DNA of 64,000 bases from Candidatus Cloacimonadales bacterium (GTDB lineage: Bacteria; Cloacimonadota; Cloacimonadia; Cloacimonadales; JAFGVF01). Below the pieces are notes generated by a model that did not search any database, was not told the origin of the DNA, and worked only from the letters and a program-made list of their open reading frames with translations. Each line of letters opens with the position of its first letter. Positions within the stretch are counted from its first letter, which is position 1. Below are positions 8,462-19,353 of this stretch, in pieces. The stretch is from NCBI GenBank assembly GCA_963663475.2, contig CAXXJV010000001.1:1568001-1632000 (forward strand), given 5' to 3'. The position numbers and the translations under genes were made by a program.

Positions 8462-10939
8462 ATGAAAATGAATAAAGATGAATCAATATTTTTTTCTGAT
8501 CAAATAGAACACAAACATAAAAGTCTAAGAGATAGATTTTATTATCACTTAGAATATACTATGATTAAAGATAAAACAACAATTAATGCTAGGGATATTT
8601 ACCAAGCTCTTGCCCTGACTATTAAGGAAAACTTAATTGAGAAGTGGTTAAGAACGGATTATGAATACCACAAAAGTAACAGCAAAATGGTTAACTATCT
8701 ATCAATGGAGTTTTTAGTTGGACGTTTAATGATAGACTCCTTAAATAGCATGGGAATACTAGACCAAGTTAGGGATCTTGTAAAAGAACTTAACTATTCT
8801 TTAAGTGATATTGAAGAGCTAGAGCCTGATATGGGTTTAGGTTCAGGAGGTTTAGGTAGATTAGCAGCTTGCTTTATGGATTCCTTGGCAACCCATAATT
8901 ATCCTGCTATGGGCTATGGAATCAGATATGAATTTGGTATTTTTAAACAGCTAGTAAGGCAAGGTTATCAAGTTGAAGAACCAGATAACTGGTTAAGAAA
9001 TGGAAATCCTTGGGAGATTAAAAGGCCAGAGATTACCTACCGAGTAAAGTTTGGTGGTAGGGTAGAACATTTTGAAAGAGAAGATGGCAAGACCTTATAT
9101 TACTGGGTTGATACTGAAGATATTATGGCTGTGGCTTGGGATATACCAGTCTTAGGATATCATACAAATAATGTCAATACTCTCAGGTTGTGGCAGGCTC
9201 AAGCTACTGATGATTTCGATTTTGACTACTTTAATACTGGTGATTATATCAAGGCGGTAGAAAAGAAGAATATTTCAGAAAATATATCCAAAGTTCTTTA
9301 TCCTAATGATAATTTCCACTTAGGAAAAGTCTTAAGACTAAAACAAGAATATTTCTTTGTTTCAGCAACCCTCCAGGATATTTTTACTAATTTCAAGAAA
9401 CATTGCCGAGATTTTTCACAGTTACCAGAAAAAGTTGCTATTCAGTTGAATGACACCCATCCTGCTTTAGCTATTCCTGAATTAATGAGAATCTTAATTG
9501 ACCAAGAAAGATTAGAATGGGATAAGGCATGGGCTATTACCAAGCAAACAATTGCTTACACAAATCATACTGTTCTTCCTGAAGCTTTAGAAAAATGGAA
9601 CTATGATCTTATGAAGGAACTTCTTCCTCGTCATTTGCAAATTATCCAAGAAATCAACCTGCATTTACTTAACAGAGTAAACAAACTCTATCCTGGTAAC
9701 ATCTACAAGTTGAAGGTTATGTCTATTATAGAAGAAGGACAGCCTAAACACGTTAGAATGGCTAACCTTTGTATTGAAGGTTCTTACTCTGTGAATGGTG
9801 TTGCTAAGTTACACTCTCAGATAATTAAAGAGAAGATATTTAAAGATTTTTATGAGATTTATCCTGAAAAATTTAATAATAAAACTAATGGCATTACTCA
9901 AAGGAGATGGCTAGATTCTTGTAATAAACACTTAGCCCAATATATCACTTCTTTGATAGGAGAGGACTGGAAAAAAGATCTCTATGAACTAAAGAAGTTA
10001 GAAGAATTTTATGATAATCATCAAGTACTCCAACAGATTCAAGAACATAAGTTAATCAATAAGAAGAGATTAACTAAGAAGATATATAAGCTAACAGGTG
10101 TTAGAGTTAATCCTCAATCTCTGTTTGATGTTCAAGTTAAAAGACTCCATGAATATAAAAGACAACTCTTAAATATTCTGCACATAATCTATCTTTATAA
10201 TCAAATTAAAGATAACCCTGATGCAGATTGGACTCCACGTACAATCATTTTTTCTGGAAAAGCAGCTCCAAGTTACTATGTTGCCAAGAATATCATTAAA
10301 CTAATTAATGCTGTGGGTGTTAAAATTAATTCTGACTTAAAAATCAGAGACCTCTTAAAAGTAGTCTTTATCCCCAACTACTCCGTATCCTTAGCAGAGA
10401 TAATTATCCCTGCTGCAGATTTATCAGAACAAATATCTACAGCTGGTTTTGAAGCCTCAGGTACTGGGAATATGAAATTTGCCTTAAATGGTGCTTTAAC
10501 TGTTGGAACCCTGGATGGTGCTAATGTGGAAATGCTAGAAGAATTTGGTCATGAAAATATGTATATTTTCGGACTTAAAGCTGAAGATGTTGTGAGAATG
10601 AAGAATGAAGGCTATAATCCTATAGACTTCTATAACTCTAATCCAGACTTAAAAAGAGTTATTGATATGATAAAAAATGATTACTTTAACCCAACAGAAC
10701 CAGGTATCTTCCAACCTATTCTAGATACTCTACTTAAGAATGGAGATTATTTTATGGTCTTGGAAGACTTTAACTCTTACTGTCAAATTAATGATACTAT
10801 CTCCAATGATTTTAAGAATCAAAAGCTATGGTATAACAAGGTCTTAATGAATATTGCGAGGTCTGGTAAATTCTCTTCTGATAGAACTATTCACCAGTAT
10901 GCTCATGATATCTGGAATATTCAACCTTTCAAGGTTTAA
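8462..10939 (+). CDS. glgP: Glycogen/alpha-glucan phosphorylase
   Basis: GGLGRLAACF, IQLNDTHP, KRLHEYKRQ and the PLP motif EASGTGNMK. Confidence 0.96.
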   Translation: MKMNKDESIFFSDQIEHKHKSLRDRFYYHLEYTMIKDKTTINARDIYQALALTIKENLIEKWLRTDYEYHKSNSKMVNYLSMEFLVGRLMIDSLNSMGILDQVRDLVKELNYSLSDIEELEPDMGLGSGGLGRLAACFMDSLATHNYPAMGYGIRYEFGIFKQLVRQGYQVEEPDNWLRNGNPWEIKRPEITYRVKFGGRVEHFEREDGKTLYYWVDTEDIMAVAWDIPVLGYHTNNVNTLRLWQAQATDDFDFDYFNTGDYIKAVEKKNISENISKVLYPNDNFHLGKVLRLKQEYFFVSATLQDIFTNFKKHCRDFSQLPEKVAIQLNDTHPALAIPELMRILIDQERLEWDKAWAITKQTIAYTNHTVLPEALEKWNYDLMKELLPRHLQIIQEINLHLLNRVNKLYPGNIYKLKVMSIIEEGQPKHVRMANLCIEGSYSVNGVAKLHSQIIKEKIFKDFYEIYPEKFNNKTNGITQRRWLDSCNKHLAQYITSLIGEDWKKDLYELKKLEEFYDNHQVLQQIQEHKLINKKRLTKKIYKLTGVRVNPQSLFDVQVKRLHEYKRQLLNILHIIYLYNQIKDNPDADWTPRTIIFSGKAAPSYYVAKNIIKLINAVGVKINSDLKIRDLLKVVFIPNYSVSLAEIIIPAADLSEQISTAGFEASGTGNMKFALNGALTVGTLDGANVEMLEEFGHENMYIFGLKAEDVVRMKNEGYNPIDFYNSNPDLKRVIDMIKNDYFNPTEPGIFQPILDTLLKNGDYFMVLEDFNSYCQINDTISNDFKNQKLWYNKVLMNIARSGKFSSDRTIHQYAHDIWNIQPFKV

Positions 10940-11005
10940 CCCTAAAAATGCAGTAGATCTTAGAGAATTTGTACTGTTCTCAAAAGCTCTACTGCACCAT
11001 TAGGG
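10940..11005. mobile_element. Short (66 bp) hairpin copy of the CCC...GGG MITE family
   Basis: CCCTAAAAATGCAGTAGATCTT...AAAGCTCTACTGCACCATTAGGG matches the ends of the 161-bp copies. Confidence 0.75.
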
Positions 11006-11007
11006 AT

Positions 11008-11060
11008 AAATGAAATATTGTAAATTTCTTATAATATTTCTACTAGACTTGAACTTAGGC
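11008..11060. mobile_element. Remnant right end of the ISL3-like element
   Basis: ATGAAATATTG...TTTCTACTAGACTTGAACTTAGGC aligns with 54501-54554. Confidence 0.55.
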
Positions 11061-11077
11061 TAAATATTCATAAGTAT

Positions 11078-11452
11078 CTATTCAGTAGCTAAAATCATTT
11101 CTAGAGTCTCTAATAGAGTATCTTGAGAAATTGGTTTAGTTAAGTAATAATCACATCCAGCATTCAAAGCAATAATCTTTTCTTCTGGATAGGCATAGGC
11201 TGTTAAGGCAATAATTGGTTTCTTAAAATCAAGTTTTCTAATCTCGCTGGTAGCTTCAATACCATCAATTAAAGGCATTTTTATATCCATCAAGATGGCA
11301 TCTATCCTATCTGCATCGTGTTTTATTGCTTCAATGGCTTCTGCTCCATTCTCAGCATGAACTACATCATAACGTCTTGAAATGTAAGCCTGAACTAAAG
11401 TGAAATTATCAGGTTGGTCTTCTGCAACCAATATTACTTTCTTGTGTTTCAT
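11078..11452 (-). CDS. Single-domain response regulator
   Basis: AEDQ, LMDIKMP, ALTA and TKP receiver motifs. Confidence 0.93.
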   Translation of the reverse strand: MKHKKVILVAEDQPDNFTLVQAYISRRYDVVHAENGAEAIEAIKHDADRIDAILMDIKMPLIDGIEATSEIRKLDFKKPIIALTAYAYPEEKIIALNAGCDYYLTKPISQDTLLETLEMILATE

Positions 11453-13050
11453 TTATTATCTCCTTGATTAATATCTCTGTAAGCTATTTCAAAATAAAAT
11501 GTTGCTCCCTTGCCAAGCTCAGATTCTAGGTAAATTTTACCTCCTAACATCTCACTAAGAGCTCTACAAATAGATAGCCCTAGACCTGAACCTGCTATCA
11601 GGGTATCTAGTTTAAAAAATCTATCAAAAATTACTTCATGATTTTTAGGGTCAATTCCAAGACCAGGGTCGCTGACAAATAAGGTAATTGTGTTTTTATC
11701 ATATTTTTTTATGCCAAAATTGATATCCCCATATTTAGTGAATTTAAGGGCATTTGTTAAAAAGTTTGTGAGAATTTGATTTACCTTACTCTCATCTGTA
11801 TTTATCAAAAACTTGTCTAAACCTTGAGTTTCCAATCGCAAACGAAGGTCTCTTGAATTAGCATCTTTAAAATTATTAGCTAAATTTCTAAGCAAAGTGA
11901 TTAAATCTAACTCCTCAAAATGTAATAGAACGCTGTTAGACTCAATTAAAGCGAAGGTTAAAATGTTTTCAATTATGTTCAATAGATAAAGATTATTAGT
12001 ATTAATTATATAGGAATATTCTGTAACCAGTGAAGGCTTTTTCACATCTCTTAACAAATTAGAAAAACCCACGATTGAGTTTAGAGGTGTTCGAATTTCA
12101 TGACTTACATGAGCTAGAAAGGCAGATTTTAACCGGTCACTTTCTTCAGCTTTATTTTTTGCTGTTTCCAATTCCTTCATCTTACTTGAAAGTAGCTTGT
12201 TTAACTCTTCCAATTCTTTATTTTTCCTAGCTAAAGATTTCTGATATTCAACAATACTTGTAACATCACTTATAATACAAACAACCCCAATTACATTACC
12301 TTCACTATCATAATTAGGTGAATATACCTCTCTAGTATAGCCAGAGACTTTTGTAATAGGATTTACGAATTCTACAGATTCTAGAGTAACAACCTCTCCC
12401 TTTAAAGCTCTTTTTAAACCCTCTGTTACATCTGAGTAGGTGCCTTGACTGAAGATCTCAGTAGTTTTCTTTCCCAGTATTTGGCTAGCTTTCATGCCAG
12501 TTGTTTTAGCCATGAAATTGTTCCAAACAGTATATCGTAAATCTTTGTCATATACGATTATACCCTCAGAAGCATTTTTAATCAAGTTCTGATTAAAAAT
12601 TAAAGCATCTTTTAACTGCTTGTTAACTGTTAGATGCTCATTCTCCAACTGAATTAAGTCTGTATTATCATAAATTACTGAAAATATATAAGATTCTTCA
12701 TCAATCACAATCTTACTACTATGGACTCTTACAGTCTTAATACTATCATCTGCTAATTTATGATTAAAAATATAATTCCCTTTTGTATCAGCTAGAACCT
12801 GTCCCATTCTTTCTAAAATCTCTTCCTGACTCATGATATTAATTTCAAAAATAGTCATTCCCAGAAGTTTATCTTTGGGATATTTGTAGAAATCAACAGC
12901 TGATTTGTTAGCTGCTAAAATCCTACCAGTCTCAGGATCTACAAGCATCATGATAGTTAAATTATTTTCAAAAATATGCTTACACTCTTCTCGCAAAAGA
13001 GGAGAACTTGCTTTTTCTACTTGTTTCACAAGTTTTACAGGATTACTCAT
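11449..13050 (-). CDS. Cytoplasmic PAS-PAS sensor histidine kinase
   Basis: Two PAS-like domains; H box SHEIRTPL; N box NALKFT; G boxes DPGLGI and GSGLGL. Confidence 0.92.
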   Translation of the reverse strand: MSNPVKLVKQVEKASSPLLREECKHIFENNLTIMMLVDPETGRILAANKSAVDFYKYPKDKLLGMTIFEINIMSQEEILERMGQVLADTKGNYIFNHKLADDSIKTVRVHSSKIVIDEESYIFSVIYDNTDLIQLENEHLTVNKQLKDALIFNQNLIKNASEGIIVYDKDLRYTVWNNFMAKTTGMKASQILGKKTTEIFSQGTYSDVTEGLKRALKGEVVTLESVEFVNPITKVSGYTREVYSPNYDSEGNVIGVVCIISDVTSIVEYQKSLARKNKELEELNKLLSSKMKELETAKNKAEESDRLKSAFLAHVSHEIRTPLNSIVGFSNLLRDVKKPSLVTEYSYIINTNNLYLLNIIENILTFALIESNSVLLHFEELDLITLLRNLANNFKDANSRDLRLRLETQGLDKFLINTDESKVNQILTNFLTNALKFTKYGDINFGIKKYDKNTITLFVSDPGLGIDPKNHEVIFDRFFKLDTLIAGSGLGLSICRALSEMLGGKIYLESELGKGATFYFEIAYRDINQGDNK

Positions 13051-16000
13051 CTAGATTCCTCTGTTAGATATTTTTTAATAATTTTGATTAAGTCATTTTT
13101 AATTATTGGTTTTGATAGGAAATCATCCATGCCTGCAGTCAGACATTTTTCTCGATCTTCAGCAATAGCATTAGCTGTAAGTGCTATAATAGGTATCCGC
13201 TTATGAACCTGCTTCTCTCTAATCAAACCTGTAGCAGTATATCCATCCATTTCTGGCATTGTAATGTCCATAAATATTATATCAATATCATTGTTTAAAT
13301 ATGTATCTAAAGCAATTTTACCATTCTTAGCTTTAAAAATAAGAGCATTAGGAATAAGTCTATTTAAGATAATAGTTATAAGTTTCATGTTTAAATCATT
13401 ATCTTCTGCTATCAGAATTCTGGGTGCTTGTGATAAATTTATGACTTGATTGTTGTTATTCTTCATTTTCTCAAATGTTTTCTTCCGTAAATATATCCTA
13501 TCCTCTACTTTTAAAAGACATGCATAGAGGTCAGTTTGCTTTACAGGTTTGGAAATTCTAAAACTTAAATCAAGTTCTTCAGAAATACTTTTAATTAGTC
13601 TATCATCCTCTGAACTATAGAGAAGAATAATTGCTTGCTTATCTTGAGTTAATTTAAGCTCATCTCTGATAATCTTTATCGTGTCTAGACCATTCATTTC
13701 AGGCATTAAATAATCAATAATTATCGTGTCATATCTCTGACCATTCTTAAGTAGTCTGATAGCCTCAATACCACTATTAATACAGGTTGCATTGATATTC
13801 CAACTTTCAAGTATGTCTTTTAAAATCTTTAAATTCTGTTGATTATCATCAACACATAAAATATTTTTAATGTCTGAAATACTATCAACAGAGAACTTCT
13901 TTCCTTCCTGGTACTCAACCTTAAAAGAAAAATTAAAACTTGAGCCATGATTATATTCACTTTCAAATTTAATCTCTCCTCCCATCATATTGATAAGATT
14001 ATTAGAGATAATTAATCCTAAACCAGTTCCTCCAAATTTCCTAGTGGTAGAAGTATCAGCTTGGGAAAAAGCTTGGAATAGTTTTTCTCTTTGCTTGTCA
14101 GAAATACCTATACCAGTATCACTTACTTGGACAGAAAGAATACCCTCAGAGTTGGATAGCCTTTCAAATCCTACCTTTAATCTAACCTCACCTTCACTAG
14201 TGAACTTTACAGCATTAGAAAGAAGATTGATTATAACTTGCTTTAAACGAATTGAATCTATAACTAAGAATCGAGGTAAATCAGGCGAGATATCTACTAA
14301 AAACTCAAGTCCCTTCTTAGCAGTATTAAATTTTATGATATCTTCTGTTTGCTCAATAAGCTCAATGATGTCGGTTTTTAGAGTATCTAACTCCAACTTA
14401 CCTGCTTCAATTTTAGAAAAATCTAAAATATCATTGATAATATCCAAGAGCGATTGAGCAGATGTCTTTGTGTTATTGGCATACTCCTTCTGAGTAGGAG
14501 TTAAATCTGTTGTTAGAAGTAATTCACTAAAACCAATTACCCCATTAAGAGGAGTCCTAATCTCATGGCTCATATTGGCCAGGAACTGTGATTTAGCTTT
14601 GCTAGCATTAAAGGCTTTCTGAGCATATTCTTCAGCCATTTTACTTTTAGTGCGTAACTGCTCAGTTGTATTCAATAGGTTCATTTCACTTTCAATTCTT
14701 GACATAATATTTACATATATCTGAACAAAGAAATCTAGTAATTCCTTATCCATCTCAGAAAAACTAGTATGCTTTCTTACAAAATCCACCCCTACAAAAC
14801 CTAAACACTTGTCTTCAGAGAAAATGGGACTTGTGATAATACTCAAAATTCCTTGAGGTTGGAGAATTTCTCTAACTGATTTATCCTCGTAGTTATCTAC
14901 ATCTTCAATTGCTAATGATCTTTTCTGGAGGTGAACATCTACCCAGTTAGGAGCCAGTGAGAAAGGAATATTTTGAAGATTTTTAATTTCTGGTGAAGTA
15001 CCATCACTGCACCATTCAAAAGTATTAGACATTTCTTCTTTATCTAAATCATAATCAAATATGTAAGCTCTGTCTCCATCAAAAAATTCACCAATTTCCC
15101 CTAATACTTGATTGATTGCTTGGTTGATATCTTCTGTATCTATATTGATTAGGTTGGTGGAAAAATCCCTCAGAATGCTCTGAAGTTTATAGTAATACTG
15201 AAGTTTCTTTTGGTAATTCTTCTGCTGGGTAATATCTATCATGAAAGTCAAGTAATACTTCTTACCATTAGTTTCAAAAATCTCCCCAGAAAGAAGTCCT
15301 GTTATGGGGTTTGATACATGACTCTTTACTTTTATCTCTACATCTCTGATAAGACCATACTTAGATATTAGGCTAGCTATGCTTCCTCTTTCATTATTAT
15401 ATACTATTTCTCTATCTAAGAAATTATTATAATAACCTATGAAATTTTCCTTTTTCATATTAAAAAGATTTAAGAATGCTGAATTTAAATCAACAAATTT
15501 TTTATCTTCAAAGGAGCTGAGGGCTATAAGAGTGAAATTATTATTAAACAACCTATTATATTTATCTAAATCAATAGCTTGCTGTCTTTCATAATCAATC
15601 CGCTTTGTTATATCTCTGGCTGCAGCATATATGTGGCCATCAATAGTATTAGATCTCCATTCAATATAACGATAAGTACCATCAATAGTCCTGTAACGAT
15701 TAACAAAATTTGTAACATCTTTATGATTTTCTAAGTCTGTTACCTTATCTAATGTTGCTTGAATATCATCAGGATGGATAAATTCCAGAAACTTATGGTT
15801 AAGAAGATATTCTCTAGAATAACCTAAAATAGATTCCCAACTCTTGTTTACCTTAATAAAGTTCCCCTCTAAATCAGCTATACAAAGCAAATCAAGATTA
15901 ATATCAAAGAAGTTTGCTAAATCTATGGTTTCATTATTGCATGTTGAATCTAAGGAGATAGTAAGAATTAGATATTGATCTTTAGAACAATAGGCTGTTA

Positions 16001-16301
16001 ATAAATATCTCTGATGATTAATTGTTATTGGCCTATTTATTATGCTTTTGGTAAAATCTTTGGCAAGATCTTGAAATAAGAAACCTAGCTCTTGGTAGTC
16101 TTCTAAAAATAACTTGTTTACAGTATCAAAAGGTTGATTGATAACCTCCTGTTTACTCAAACTAGTATAAGTTAGAAAAATCTTATTTACTTCAATGTAA
16201 GATAGTTCTTTATTTTCATTTATCGCATCTGTTGAGACTTTTAGTAAAGCATAAGCAAATGGAGCCTCTTTCATAATATCGCCTATTGTCGAGTGTTGCA
16301 T
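13047..16301 (-). CDS. Hybrid histidine kinase (PAS, GAF, HisKA, HATPase, two receiver domains)
   Basis: FIHPDD PAS; GAF-like block; [18 protein letters not shown]; two REC domains. The AGGAG RBS favours the ATG at 16301. Confidence 0.92.
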   Translation of the reverse strand: MQHSTIGDIMKEAPFAYALLKVSTDAINENKELSYIEVNKIFLTYTSLSKQEVINQPFDTVNKLFLEDYQELGFLFQDLAKDFTKSIINRPITINHQRYLLTAYCSKDQYLILTISLDSTCNNETIDLANFFDINLDLLCIADLEGNFIKVNKSWESILGYSREYLLNHKFLEFIHPDDIQATLDKVTDLENHKDVTNFVNRYRTIDGTYRYIEWRSNTIDGHIYAAARDITKRIDYERQQAIDLDKYNRLFNNNFTLIALSSFEDKKFVDLNSAFLNLFNMKKENFIGYYNNFLDREIVYNNERGSIASLISKYGLIRDVEIKVKSHVSNPITGLLSGEIFETNGKKYYLTFMIDITQQKNYQKKLQYYYKLQSILRDFSTNLINIDTEDINQAINQVLGEIGEFFDGDRAYIFDYDLDKEEMSNTFEWCSDGTSPEIKNLQNIPFSLAPNWVDVHLQKRSLAIEDVDNYEDKSVREILQPQGILSIITSPIFSEDKCLGFVGVDFVRKHTSFSEMDKELLDFFVQIYVNIMSRIESEMNLLNTTEQLRTKSKMAEEYAQKAFNASKAKSQFLANMSHEIRTPLNGVIGFSELLLTTDLTPTQKEYANNTKTSAQSLLDIINDILDFSKIEAGKLELDTLKTDIIELIEQTEDIIKFNTAKKGLEFLVDISPDLPRFLVIDSIRLKQVIINLLSNAVKFTSEGEVRLKVGFERLSNSEGILSVQVSDTGIGISDKQREKLFQAFSQADTSTTRKFGGTGLGLIISNNLINMMGGEIKFESEYNHGSSFNFSFKVEYQEGKKFSVDSISDIKNILCVDDNQQNLKILKDILESWNINATCINSGIEAIRLLKNGQRYDTIIIDYLMPEMNGLDTIKIIRDELKLTQDKQAIILLYSSEDDRLIKSISEELDLSFRISKPVKQTDLYACLLKVEDRIYLRKKTFEKMKNNNNQVINLSQAPRILIAEDNDLNMKLITIILNRLIPNALIFKAKNGKIALDTYLNNDIDIIFMDITMPEMDGYTATGLIREKQVHKRIPIIALTANAIAEDREKCLTAGMDDFLSKPIIKNDLIKIIKKYLTEESR

Positions 16302-16482
16302 TAAATTTCTCCTAATCAATATCAAACAAATTATACTTGTCTTCTCTTAAGTGTCAATATATTTCTTAAGAAAATAATTAGTTTTATTCTTAGTCTAGAA
16401 TCTTAAGAAAAAGGTTGACATGCACTGTTTTTATAATTTTTTTTAACCTTAGAGACAGTAATCTCTAGTAAAAGGGGGATAA

Positions 16483-19335
16483 ATGTTAAAAGAAAAGTTA
16501 ATAATTACCGATGTTGGCTCTACAACAACTAAGGCAATTTACTTGAAAATGGAAGCAAATGAATATAAATTACAAGGCTTAACTAATGCTATAACAACTG
16601 TAGAAAGTCCTTATGAAGATGTAAATATTGGTGTGTACCAAGCAATCAAAGCTCTGGAAAATGCCAGTAATGAACTTTTTTTAAGCCCTGAAGCAAACGA
16701 ACACAAACTGATCTTTTTACCTAATGTATCTTACCTAACAAGCTCTTCAGCTGGAGGAGGTTTACAAATCTTAGTAGTAGGTTTGACTCTCTTTGACTCT
16801 GCTAAATCTGCAGAAAGAGCAGCCTATGGAGCTGGAGGAGTTCTCTTAAATACACTTGCTATAAATGACAAAAGAACAACTTATGAACAAATGCAGATTA
16901 TAAATAATTCTCACCCAGATATTATTCTTTTTTCAGGCGGTACTGATTATGGAGCTTATACTGGAGTGATAAGAATGGCAGAAGTACTGGCCTTTGGTAA
17001 ACCATCTCCTAAATTTGCCACAGAAAAGAATATTCCCTTAATTTATGCAGGAAATGTTCAGGCACAATCTTTTATGAAATCTCTTTTTAGTGATGATTTT
17101 GCTCTTACAGTTCTACCTAACATTAGACCAAGTATGGAGAGAGAAGAGTTAGATGAGATTACTGAGAAAATTCATGAGCTATTCTTAAATAGTGTTATGG
17201 AAGATGCACCTGGCTATGCCCAATTAAAAGTGCAAGTTGATGGAGATATTTTACCTACCCCTTTAGCTGTTTTAAAAATGATGGAAATTCTTAGTGAAGA
17301 GTTTAATGAATCAATGCTTAAGGTTGATATTGGTGGAGCAACTACAGATATATTCTCAGTCATTAATGGATCTTTATATAGGACTGTAAGTGCTAATTAT
17401 GGTATGAGTTATTCAATTTCTAATGTAATTGCTAATGCAGGATATGAAGAATTAAAGAAGCTATTACCCCCTAGTTTTAGTGAAAAACTTGTTCGAGATT
17501 ATATCGGTAATAAGATGTTAAACCCAGGATATGTACCCGATAATGAAATTGAGATAGCTATAGAGCAAGCCATAGCTATTATTGCCTTAAGATTATCTTT
17601 GCTGCAACACTATGATATGCATTTGAACACCAGTAAAATTGGTTTTTTAGAACATGTAAAATCAGTATTTAGAGATCCTTTCTATGACCAAATGTACCAA
17701 GAGAAAGTTGCTGAAGAAAATAAATTTCATCATTCTGATATTAAAATTGTGATAGGGGCAGGGGGAGTAATATCTCATGTAGATAAGCCTCTGCAGGCCC
17801 TCTATATATTGATGCAAGGTTTCCAAGTAGAAGGAATTACTCATATTTGGAGAGATAAACATTTCATCTCGCCTCACTTAGGAGTCTTAAGCCAACTTGA
17901 TAAAATGCAAGTGAAAAAACTCATGTTTAGTGAATGTTATGAGAAACTAGGAACAGTGATTAATCCCTTAATTACTAGCAAAAAAACAGTTAGGAAGGTA
18001 ATGACAATTGAAGTAGGAAAACAAGTCTATAACTTCAATATAAATCAAGTCAAACTAATTAAGATTGATAAAAATACTCTTGTTAAAGTTAAACTACATT
18101 CAGGAGCCTTAATCAAAGATCTTGATAAAGATTATACCTTTGAAACAGATAAAGCTATCATTATCACTACCTACCCCAATAAAGAAATAGATAATATGCA
18201 TTTGATTAAAGAACTTGAACTCTACAAGAATGATTTAAATATTCCTCTTGCTGAGTTAGAATCTCAGAGAAAGTATACTAGTGGAGGACCATATTTCCAT
18301 AAAACAGGACCTTTCATAAAAGAAATTAATTTACCTTATGAGGGAGAAATCCTTTGTCATGAAAATGATATTTTAAAGCCAAACACCGTTTATGGATTTA
18401 ATAATCATGCTTTCCCAAAATTATACATAGTGAGTTTAGCTAAACTCTTAGGTAAAGCTTATAAGAATACCAATATTGCCAGAGATTTACTAGTAAAAGT
18501 TGGTGATTTAGTTAAGTTTGATCAAAAATTAATAGGAAGAGCCCATTCTCCAGTAAGAGGCATTGTTAAAGTAATTAACTATAAATCAGGCTCTATAGTA
18601 ATTAGAGAACATCAAGATTACCATGAAAGAGCTATTATTCATCCAGTAGCTAAAATGCTTAATATGAAGGTTTGGAAAGCAAGGTCTAGAATCAAAGTAA
18701 AAGAAGGTGAATTTGTCTTTCAAGACCAGTGTTTAGTTAATTTAAATATGGATCATGATCCTATAGTTGTAAGGGCTAAAAACACAGGTTATGTTACCAA
18801 AATAGATAATGAAACAGCTGAAGTAACAATCCAATATAAAAAGCACCCCATAAACTATCATGCCAAGCTAAACTGTAAAGTATTGCAAGTAAATGACAAA
18901 ATAGGAGTAAAAATCCAGTATGATGCTATAGAATACCAAGGAATAATTGGTTTTGGAAGCATTACCTTTGGAGATCTAGTATTTTTAAATAAATTACAAG
19001 AAGATACAGATATATCAGGGAAAATTTTAGTTTTAGCAGATATTATTAATTATGAAGATTTAAAGAAATTAGAAAATCTTAAGATTTCTGGCTTAATTAT
19101 TGCAGGAATAGAAATGAAAGATTTAGTAGAGTTTATCGGACGTGAGATAGGGGTAGCCTTAACTGGTAATGAAAGTATTCCTTACTCAATAATTATTATG
19201 AATGGTTTTGGTAAATTCTCTTTTGATCCAGAATTTATTAAGACAGTTAAAAAGAATGAAGGAAGAAATTGTTTGTTAAATCCTACTACGCAAGTCAGAG
19301 CGGGTGTTACCCGACCGAAAGTAATAATTAACTAA
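16483..19335 (+). CDS. GlmL/MutL-like (glutamate mutase L) ASKHA ATPase fused to an uncharacterised C-terminal module
   Basis: DVGSTTTK, SSSAGGGL and VDIGGATTD motifs. The C-terminal 350 aa have barrel-sandwich-hybrid-like repeats and end TQVRAGVTRPKVII. Confidence 0.75.
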   Translation: MLKEKLIITDVGSTTTKAIYLKMEANEYKLQGLTNAITTVESPYEDVNIGVYQAIKALENASNELFLSPEANEHKLIFLPNVSYLTSSSAGGGLQILVVGLTLFDSAKSAERAAYGAGGVLLNTLAINDKRTTYEQMQIINNSHPDIILFSGGTDYGAYTGVIRMAEVLAFGKPSPKFATEKNIPLIYAGNVQAQSFMKSLFSDDFALTVLPNIRPSMEREELDEITEKIHELFLNSVMEDAPGYAQLKVQVDGDILPTPLAVLKMMEILSEEFNESMLKVDIGGATTDIFSVINGSLYRTVSANYGMSYSISNVIANAGYEELKKLLPPSFSEKLVRDYIGNKMLNPGYVPDNEIEIAIEQAIAIIALRLSLLQHYDMHLNTSKIGFLEHVKSVFRDPFYDQMYQEKVAEENKFHHSDIKIVIGAGGVISHVDKPLQALYILMQGFQVEGITHIWRDKHFISPHLGVLSQLDKMQVKKLMFSECYEKLGTVINPLITSKKTVRKVMTIEVGKQVYNFNINQVKLIKIDKNTLVKVKLHSGALIKDLDKDYTFETDKAIIITTYPNKEIDNMHLIKELELYKNDLNIPLAELESQRKYTSGGPYFHKTGPFIKEINLPYEGEILCHENDILKPNTVYGFNNHAFPKLYIVSLAKLLGKAYKNTNIARDLLVKVGDLVKFDQKLIGRAHSPVRGIVKVINYKSGSIVIREHQDYHERAIIHPVAKMLNMKVWKARSRIKVKEGEFVFQDQCLVNLNMDHDPIVVRAKNTGYVTKIDNETAEVTIQYKKHPINYHAKLNCKVLQVNDKIGVKIQYDAIEYQGIIGFGSITFGDLVFLNKLQEDTDISGKILVLADIINYEDLKKLENLKISGLIIAGIEMKDLVEFIGREIGVALTGNESIPYSIIIMNGFGKFSFDPEFIKTVKKNEGRNCLLNPTTQVRAGVTRPKVIIN

Positions 19336-19353
19336 GTATAAAGGTATTAAAAT

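Noticed and set aside
8833..8875. GLGSGGLGRL instead of the usual GLGNGGLGRL in GlgP
   Set aside because: A single substitution with all other motifs intact; not enough to infer altered function.
16415..16437. TTGACA and TATAAT upstream of the GlmL-like gene
   Set aside because: The spacing is only 11 bp, which does not fit a single sigma70 promoter.
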